Shown piece after piece: positions 24,772-30,971 of a stretch of 32,000 nt of DNA; within the stretch, counting starts at the first letter, position 1; every line of letters starts with the position of its first letter. The DNA is from Opitutia bacterium KCR 482. GTDB taxonomy: Bacteria > Verrucomicrobiota > Verrucomicrobiia > Opitutales > Intestinicryptomonadaceae. The notes under the pieces are model-generated. The model made no database searches, was not told where the DNA came from, and was given only the letters and a program-made list of their open reading frames with translations. The DNA is taken from contig CP149973.1 of assembly GCA_029269845.2 (NCBI GenBank), positions 1,920,001-1,952,000 of the forward strand, written 5' to 3'. Made by a program: the position numbers and the translations under genes.

Positions 24772-25083
24772 ATGTATCTTGCAAAGGTCATAGGGCAGGT
24801 TGTAGCCACACAGAAGGACGACAAGCTCAGAGGCAGCAGACTTTTGGTGCTGCGTCCGTTGCAGATTGACGGCGAAAAGCCCGCAAAGCTCGTCGAGAGC
24901 AGGAGCGCGATAGTCGCGGTGGACAACTGCGGCGCGGGGACGGGGCAGATTGTCCTGTTCGCGTCGGGGTCGAGCGCGCGTCAGGCGGAGGGCATGAAGG
25001 CTCTTCCTGTTGACGCGGCGGTCATCGGGCTTGTAGACAGCGTTGAGGCGTTTTCGCAGGAGGTTTTCAAAGTCGAAAAATAG
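24772..25083 (+). CDS. BMC-P pentamer vertex protein (EutN/CcmL, Pfam03319)
   Basis: MYLAKVIGQVVATQKDDKLRGSRLLVL...VDNCGAGTGQIVLFASGSSAR...VDAAVIGLVD. Confidence 0.9.
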   Translation: MYLAKVIGQVVATQKDDKLRGSRLLVLRPLQIDGEKPAKLVESRSAIVAVDNCGAGTGQIVLFASGSSARQAEGMKALPVDAAVIGLVDSVEAFSQEVFKVEK

Positions 25084-25146
25084 GCGGCGCAAGCCGCGCT
25101 ACCAAATTGGGAACGCGGCGGCGCAAAAATTTAAGGAAGGCAAAAC

Positions 25147-26592
25147 ATGGGCATAAATTTGGACGAAGCTGCGCTCAGACAGATAGTGCGCGGCGTAATC
25201 GAGCAAATGGGCGGGGCGCAGGGCGCGCAGCAGTGCCGCTGCGGCGGCGCGGCTCCCGCAATAGTGCATTCAACCCCCATGAACGGGATTTTCCCCGATG
25301 CAAAGTCGGCGGCGGAGGCAGCGTTCGACGGGTACAAACAACTTTGCAAGGGTGGTTTCGAAGCCCGCAAGGCGGTAGTGGACATCGTGAAGTCGATGAC
25401 GGTCGCCAACGCGAAAGAGTGGGGCACTTTCGAATACAACGAAACGAAAATCGGCAAGCTCGAACACAAAATCGGCAAGCTTGAAATCGTGAAACTCGTC
25501 CCCGGCGTCGAGTGGATTCGCCCCGACGCGTACAGCGGCGACCATGGAATCATGCTCGAAGAGTACACACCCTACGGGGTCGTCGGCGCGATTACGCCCG
25601 TCACGCACTCGATTCCCACGATTGCCGGCAACATCATCAACATGGTCGCCGCGGGCAACGCGATAGTTTTCAACCCGCACCCCGGCGGCGTCAAGAGCGC
25701 GGTGAAGGCGATTTCGGCGTTCAACGCGGAAATCGAAAAACGCCTCGGCATACGCAACCTTATTTGCTGCGTCGGCAACCCGACGCTCGAATCGTTCGAC
25801 GCAATCTGCAAGAGCGATTTGGTATCTATAATGTGCATTACGGGCGGCCCTGGGGTCGTCAAGGCGGCGATGCTTTCGGGCAAAAAGTCCATTTGCGCGG
25901 GTCCGGGCAATCCCCCCGTGATTGTCGACGACACTGTCGATTTGAACAAGGCTGCCGCCGACATCATCGCGGGAGGCTGCTTCGACAACAATCTGCTTTG
26001 CATAGGCGAAAAGGAAATCTTCGTCCTCGAAAGCGTAGCCGACGCGTTCATGCGCGCGCTCGACGCGCAGGGAGCGGTTAAAATCGGCGGAAGCGCGCTC
26101 GACAGGCTCACCGACGCCGTGTTCGCAAAGAAGGACGGCCGCTACGTTCTCAAACGCGACTTGGTCGGCAAAGACCCGCAGGTTCTGGCGCAGGCGGCAG
26201 GCGTTTCGGTTTCGGCGAACGCGCCCATGCTCTACGCGCAGACCGACGCAAACCACCCGTTTGTGGTCGAAGAACAGATGATGCCGATGATTCCCGTGAC
26301 GGTTGTGAAAGACTTCGATTCGGCGGTTGACGCGGCGATGAAGGCGGAACACAACTACAAGCACAGCGCGATAATCCACTCGCTGAACGTCGGCAGAATG
26401 ACGCAAATGGCGCGGGCGCTCAACACCACGCTTTTCGTCAAGAACGGGCCTTCCACATGCGGCTTGGGTCTGGGCGGCGAGGGCTACCTTTCGTACTCGA
26501 TTGCCACGGCGACGGGCGAAGGCATATCGAACCCCAAGACGTTTACGCGCCGCCGCAGGTGCGTAATGGTGGACAACCTCAACATATTCTAA
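25147..26592 (+). CDS. CoA-acylating aldehyde dehydrogenase (PduP/EutE-like) with an N-terminal encapsulation-peptide-like helix
   Basis: ITPVTHSIPTIAGNIINMVAAGNAIVFNPHP, ICAGPGNPPVIVDDT and the catalytic-Cys context FDNNLLCIGEKE. The N-terminus LDEAALRQIVRGVIEQM is followed by a Gly/Ala/Gln linker. Confidence 0.9.
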   Translation: MGINLDEAALRQIVRGVIEQMGGAQGAQQCRCGGAAPAIVHSTPMNGIFPDAKSAAEAAFDGYKQLCKGGFEARKAVVDIVKSMTVANAKEWGTFEYNETKIGKLEHKIGKLEIVKLVPGVEWIRPDAYSGDHGIMLEEYTPYGVVGAITPVTHSIPTIAGNIINMVAAGNAIVFNPHPGGVKSAVKAISAFNAEIEKRLGIRNLICCVGNPTLESFDAICKSDLVSIMCITGGPGVVKAAMLSGKKSICAGPGNPPVIVDDTVDLNKAAADIIAGGCFDNNLLCIGEKEIFVLESVADAFMRALDAQGAVKIGGSALDRLTDAVFAKKDGRYVLKRDLVGKDPQVLAQAAGVSVSANAPMLYAQTDANHPFVVEEQMMPMIPVTVVKDFDSAVDAAMKAEHNYKHSAIIHSLNVGRMTQMARALNTTLFVKNGPSTCGLGLGGEGYLSYSIATATGEGISNPKTFTRRRRCVMVDNLNIF

Positions 26593-26637
26593 ACAAAACG
26601 GCGCGTTCGGCGGAGCGTCGGACGCGCCAAGACAAAA

Positions 26638-26895
26638 ATGCAGCTTGCGAAAATAGTCGGAAACATCGTGATGTCCCACGCGCATTCGAGCGTGTCGGGC
26701 AACGCGCTGCTCGTCTGCCAGCCCATCGACGAAAACGGGGCGGAGGCGGGAGAGCCTATTGTCGCGATAAGCCCCTTCGGGGGCGGCGCGGGGTCGCGGG
26801 TGCTGGTGCTCGCCGACGGCAGCGTCGCGGCGGAGTATGTGGGCGACAGCCACACGCCGATTCGCAACTCGATAGTCTGCATTTTGGACGACTGA
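26638..26895 (+). CDS. BMC-P pentamer vertex protein
   Basis: MQLAKIVGNIVMSHAHSSVSGNALLVCQPID...GGGAGSRVLVLADGS...IRNSIVCILDD. Confidence 0.88.
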   Translation: MQLAKIVGNIVMSHAHSSVSGNALLVCQPIDENGAEAGEPIVAISPFGGGAGSRVLVLADGSVAAEYVGDSHTPIRNSIVCILDD

Positions 26896-26903
26896 TTTTT
26901 TAC

Positions 26904-27203
26904 ATGAAACTGGCAAGGGTAATAGGCAGGGTTGTTCTCTCGAAGAAAGACGCAAATCTTCCGAGCGGGTTCCTGCTGCTTGCGTCGCCGCTCGACAGGT
27001 CGCAGATGTCGGGGGCGGACTCGTCGGAGCTTTCGAAGCGGACGAAAAACCTCGTGGTTTTCGATTCGTTCGGGGCGGTTCGCGGCGACGTCATAGGCTA
27101 TGTCGAAGGGGCGGAGGCAACCGCGCCTTTCGAAACGCCCGCGTGCGTGGACGCGTACAATGTCGGCATAGTCGAGACTTTAAACTACAATCCGAATTTA
27201 TAA
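26904..27203 (+). CDS. BMC-P pentamer vertex protein (third paralog)
   Basis: MKLARVIGRVVLSKKDANLPSGFLLLASPLD...VDAYNVGIVETL. ATG at 26904, inside the longer listed ORF 26457..27203 whose upstream part overlaps the aldehyde dehydrogenase out of frame. Confidence 0.85.
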   Translation: MKLARVIGRVVLSKKDANLPSGFLLLASPLDRSQMSGADSSELSKRTKNLVVFDSFGAVRGDVIGYVEGAEATAPFETPACVDAYNVGIVETLNYNPNL

Positions 27204-27215
27204 ACACAGACAAAG

Positions 27216-28265
27216 ATGAAAAGAGTATACACGGCAAAAGACATCGAAGAACTCAAACTAAACGGCGGAAGCGTTCCCGCCGGCGCAATCCTCACCCCGC
27301 AGGCGAAAGAGCTTCTCGCGGGCGGAGCGTTCGTCGCGTCGCAACCGAAACCGCAGGCGGCGGTGCGCAAAGAGTACACCGTTCCCGTCAAGGAATACAA
27401 GTGGGTTTCGGGGCAGGACCCCAAGACGCCCGAAGAAATCGAAAAGTTCTTCCGCTCGCCCGAAATCGAAAAACTCAAAAGGCTGATTGTAGACTTGGGC
27501 AGACGCTCGTACTCCAAAAACTACAACGACGGCAACGGCGGCAATTTCAGCGTCAGAGTGGGCGACAACCTCGTGCTCTGCACGCCCACGATGATTTCGA
27601 AAGGCTCGATGTCGCCCGAAGACATGTGCCTTGTGGACATGGAGGGCGTTCAGCTTGCGGGCAACAGAAAGCGCACAAGCGAAGTCCTCGCGCACATCGC
27701 GATTATGAAACGCCAGCCCATGGCAAAGGCGTGCTGCCACGCGCATCCGCCGCACGCAACGGCGTTCGCGATTTCGGGTAAAACGCCGCCGCGCTGCGTC
27801 AACCCCGAAGCCGAAATCTTCATCGGTCAGGTCGGCCTTGCCGACTACGGCACGCCCGGAACGCTCCAAATGGCGAACGCAGTCGGCGAATGCGGCGTCA
27901 ACCACGACTGCGTTTTCATGGTAAACCACGGCGTCATGACCTGGGCTAACGACATCGAAACGGCCTTCTGGAAAATGGAAAACGTGGAGGCGCACTGCTT
28001 TACGTCGCTGCTGGCGTTCCAAATCGGCGGGCCGAGAAGATTCTCCGATTCGGAAGAAGCGGAGGTTCTCAAAATCAGAAAGTCGCTCGGCATGGTAGAC
28101 CAGGCGAACCTCAAAGAATGCAACCTTTGCGACGTTCCCGAAAACAGGGGAGTTGTCTGCAACGCAAAGTCGCCCGCACGGCAGAACGACGCGGGCTTCG
28201 ACTGCGACGCCGAAAAACTCGTCGCAAAAATCACGCAAATGATAGTCGCGGAGCTTAACAAATAA
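27216..28265 (+). CDS. Class II aldolase (fuculose/rhamnulose-1-phosphate aldolase family) with N- and C-terminal extensions
   Basis: The core begins near res 75-95 (EIEKLKRLIVDLGRRSYSKNYNDGNGGNFSVR, cf. FucA ..GTAGNVSVR). Metal-binding His motifs CCHAHPPHATAF and MVNHGVMTW. The C-terminus ends in the amphipathic DAEKLVAKITQMIVAELNK. Confidence 0.88.
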   Translation: MKRVYTAKDIEELKLNGGSVPAGAILTPQAKELLAGGAFVASQPKPQAAVRKEYTVPVKEYKWVSGQDPKTPEEIEKFFRSPEIEKLKRLIVDLGRRSYSKNYNDGNGGNFSVRVGDNLVLCTPTMISKGSMSPEDMCLVDMEGVQLAGNRKRTSEVLAHIAIMKRQPMAKACCHAHPPHATAFAISGKTPPRCVNPEAEIFIGQVGLADYGTPGTLQMANAVGECGVNHDCVFMVNHGVMTWANDIETAFWKMENVEAHCFTSLLAFQIGGPRRFSDSEEAEVLKIRKSLGMVDQANLKECNLCDVPENRGVVCNAKSPARQNDAGFDCDAEKLVAKITQMIVAELNK

Positions 28266-29185
28266 TGAAAGTTTCAATCATAGGAGGCGGCGGCAGGGTA
28301 GGCTCGTGCGCGGCGTTCGCGCTCGAATGCATGGGTCTTGTATCGGAAATCCAGATTATCGACGCCAACGCGGAGGCGGCGGAGGGCGAAGCTCTCGACC
28401 TGCTCCACGGCTCGGCGGTTCTGGGCGGACAGCGCATCAACACGGGGTGCTACAAACGCGCCGCCGACAGCGACATGTTCATAATCACGGCGGGGCTCCG
28501 CCGCAAGCCCGACGAAAGCAGGCTCGACCTCATCAACCGCAACGTATCGCTCTTCCGCCAGATTCTGGCGTCGATAAAAGAGGGCGGCTACAAGCGCGAC
28601 GCGTTCGTGTTCGTGGTGTCGAACCCCGTGGACATTCTCACATACATCGCCGCGCAGGAGCTTGATTTGCCGCGCGAGCGCGTAATCGGCTTGGGCACAA
28701 TGCTCGACACCTCGCGCTTCCGCGCACTGATTGCGAAGGAACTGAAAGTGCCCGCAACTCAGGTCAACGCTACGGTGCTCGGCGAACACGGAGACTCTAT
28801 GTTCCCCGTGTGGAGCGCGGCGTCAATCGCGGGGCTTCCGTTCAAGGGCTTTGAAGGCTTCGACCTCAACTTCCAGAACAGGATTTTCGAACGCACGCGC
28901 CAGAGCGGCGCGGAGGTTATCAAACGCAAAGGCGGCGCGGGATACGCAGTCGGGGCGTCGATAGCGGCGGTGGTCAGGGCGATTCTGCTGGACACGCGCG
29001 AAATTCTCCCCGTTTCGACAGTGCAGACGGGCGCGTACGGACTGCGCGACGTTTCGATAAGCGTTCCGACAGTCGTAGGGGCGGCGGGCGCGCTGAGGCA
29101 TGTGGAGCTTGAACTCTGGCCGAAGGAGTCGCAGGCGCTGCTGAACTCGGCAAACTCGCTCAAACAGACCTTGGCAAAAGTCTAA
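28265..29185 (+). CDS. LDH/MDH-family 2-hydroxyacid dehydrogenase with an MDH-type specificity loop
   Basis: MKVSIIGGGGRVGS Rossmann motif, ITAGLRRKPDESRLDL substrate loop, NPVDILTY, LDTSRFR and GEHGDS (catalytic His). The ATG overlaps the aldolase stop (TAATG at 28263-28267). Confidence 0.88.
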   Translation: MKVSIIGGGGRVGSCAAFALECMGLVSEIQIIDANAEAAEGEALDLLHGSAVLGGQRINTGCYKRAADSDMFIITAGLRRKPDESRLDLINRNVSLFRQILASIKEGGYKRDAFVFVVSNPVDILTYIAAQELDLPRERVIGLGTMLDTSRFRALIAKELKVPATQVNATVLGEHGDSMFPVWSAASIAGLPFKGFEGFDLNFQNRIFERTRQSGAEVIKRKGGAGYAVGASIAAVVRAILLDTREILPVSTVQTGAYGLRDVSISVPTVVGAAGALRHVELELWPKESQALLNSANSLKQTLAKV

Positions 29186-29208
29186 AAAACAAAAAATACA
29201 CTTTCAAC

Positions 29209-29243
29209 AGCCGCAACGGAATACCCCGCCGCGGCTTTTTTTT
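29209..29243 (+). terminator. Intrinsic terminator of the BMC operon
   Basis: AGCCGC ..16-nt loop.. GCGGCT followed by TTTTTTTT (29236-29243), 24 nt after the dehydrogenase stop. Confidence 0.6.
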
Positions 29244-29363
29244 GCGCCCATGCGCCGCAACCTTTGCGGCAAAACGACCCGCAGTTTCTCTCATGCTCGG
29301 AGCGGAGGTTTTTGCGGGCAGGCGGCGGGCGGGCTGAAAACGTTCGACCGCAAAGAAGCGTCC

Positions 29364-29405
29364 GAAAAAAAACGCCCGACTGCTTGAAAGCGTCGGGCGT
29401 TTTTT
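29364..29405. terminator. Bidirectional intrinsic terminator between convergent transcription units
   Basis: A-run (29365-29372), stem ACGCCCGAC tgcttgaaagc GTCGGGCGT, then T-run (29400-29405). It reads as hairpin plus U-tract on both strands. Confidence 0.7.
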
Positions 29406-29627
29406 CAAGAATCTTTTTTCAAGATTCAGACCCGCTTTGCGCGGGGCGCATTTCTTTTTTTGAAGCCGATTCAGAGTCGTCCGAACCGCATTCGCTGAAA
29501 GAAGCGAAGAACAGCAGCGTAGCCATTTTGAACTTCTCCATGTCGGGCATTTAAAGCCCGCAGCATTTTTTTGTAAAGCAAATTCTTTGAAAAATTTTTT
29601 GCTGCGGCGTCCGAATTTTTTGCGCCT

Positions 29628-30761
29628 TTATTTTGCGAAAAAGGCTTCGATGGAATCCACTACCCAGTCCTGCTCGTCGGGCGTGATTGCCGAGTATATG
29701 GGCAGGCGCAGCATTGTCTGCGACAGCTTTTCGGCGACGGGCAGCGGTTTGTATTCGCAGCCGAGCTTTTTCGTCATCGGGCATGTGTGCAGCGGCGCGT
29801 AGTGCGACAACGCCGAAATCTCGCGCGATTTCAGGAACGCCGCAAGCGACTTCGCAGTTTCGGGGCTTTCCGTTAGAATGAAGAAAATATGCGCGTTATG
29901 TTTGCATTCCGCGGGAACATGCGCCAGCGAAATCTTCCCCGCGCGTTCCAGCGGCAGAAGCCTTTCGCGGTAGTAGTTCCACGCCGCCACGCGTTCGTCG
30001 GTGAGTTTCTGCGCGGCTTCGAGCTGCGCCGCGAGGAACGCGGTGATAAGCTCCGACGGAATGTAGCTGCTGCCGTAGTCAATCCAAGTGTATTTGTCGA
30101 TTTTCCCCTCTACGAACTGGATTCTGTTTGTGCCCTTTTCCCTGATGAAGCAGGCGCGGTCGATGAGGGATTCGTCGTTGCAAAGGAGTGCGCCGCATTC
30201 GCCCGCGATTACGTTCTTTGTGCTGTGGAAGCTGAGCGCGCCGAGGTCGCCGATAGTGCCGAGGTGTCTGCCTTTGTAGTAGGCGCAGAAGCCCTGCGCG
30301 GCGTCCTCCACAACCCTGATTCCCGCGCTTTTTGCGGTTTCCATAATTGTGTCCATTTCGCACCCGACGCCCGCGTAGTGGACTGGCACGACCGCCTTTG
30401 TGCGCTTTGTGAGCAGTTGCGGAATTTGCGATTCGTCGATATTGAGAGTGTCGGGGCGAATGTCGCAGAACACTGGTTTTGCGCCGCGCAGAACGAACGC
30501 GTTTACGCTCGAAACGAATGTGAACGTCGGCACGATTACCTCGTCGCCCGATTTGATGTCGCATAGGAGGGCCGCCATGTCTAGGGCGGAGGTGCACGAT
30601 GTCGTAAGGAGGGCGGCTTTCGCCTTTGTCGCGGCGCGGAGGGCGGCTTCGCATTTTTTCAGGAACTCGCCGTCGCCTTGGAGGTGTCCGGAGGCTATCG
30701 CTTCTTTTATATATTCTACTTCGCGACCCGCGAGCGGTATTTTGTTGAAATTTACTTTCAT
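29628..30761 (-). CDS. wecE: dTDP-4-amino-4,6-dideoxygalactose (sugar 4-keto) transaminase, DegT/DnrJ/EryC1 family, WecE-like
   Basis: Colinear by eye with E. coli WecE: GDGEFLKKCE, LTTSCTSALDMAALLCDIKSGDEVIVPTFTFVSSVNAFVLRGAKPVFCDIRPDTLNIDE, VPVHYAGVGCEMDTIM, VVEDAAQG, FSFHSTKN (PLP Lys), IREKGTNR, VDKYTWIDYGSSY. Confidence 0.8.
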   Translation of the reverse strand: MKVNFNKIPLAGREVEYIKEAIASGHLQGDGEFLKKCEAALRAATKAKAALLTTSCTSALDMAALLCDIKSGDEVIVPTFTFVSSVNAFVLRGAKPVFCDIRPDTLNIDESQIPQLLTKRTKAVVPVHYAGVGCEMDTIMETAKSAGIRVVEDAAQGFCAYYKGRHLGTIGDLGALSFHSTKNVIAGECGALLCNDESLIDRACFIREKGTNRIQFVEGKIDKYTWIDYGSSYIPSELITAFLAAQLEAAQKLTDERVAAWNYYRERLLPLERAGKISLAHVPAECKHNAHIFFILTESPETAKSLAAFLKSREISALSHYAPLHTCPMTKKLGCEYKPLPVAEKLSQTMLRLPIYSAITPDEQDWVVDSIEAFFAK

Positions 30762-30971
30762 GTGGACCCGAAATATTTGTTTTCGGATATTGTACCCAAA
30801 CCGCTCCGATTTAAAGCAAAATATGCACTTTTTTGGGGGCTTGCGCCGCGGCGACGGCGCGCGTTTTTTTTATTAGTCCGACCGCATGTTAAAAATTTTT
30901 CCATATAAGTTTGACACGCCGCCTATAAAGGTATAATCTTCTTCCGAACCCCGAAAGGAAAGGCATTACAA

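Noticed and set aside
26457-26903. Upstream part of the listed 248-aa ORF 26457..27203
   Set aside because: It overlaps the 3' end of the aldehyde dehydrogenase and the whole second BMC-P gene in another frame, with an Arg/Gly-rich translation. Only the ATG at 26904 gives the canonical MKLARVIG BMC-P N-terminus.
25270-26955. 561-aa minus-strand ORF across the aldehyde dehydrogenase and a BMC-P gene. Similar long antisense ORFs occur at 17119..18519, 19888..21132, 15976..16809, 27258..28277, 18844..19728 and 30966..31700.
   Set aside because: All are antisense to genes with unambiguous family motifs. Their translations are Arg/Val/Gly-rich with no motifs.
29419-29550. 43-codon minus-strand ORF downstream of wecE (MPDMEKFKMATLLFFASFSECGSDDSESASKKEMRPAQSGSES)
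   Set aside because: It has a signal-peptide-like start and is followed by hairpins. However, it is very short, lacks a canonical lipobox and a clear RBS, and I cannot assess conservation. Too weak to call.
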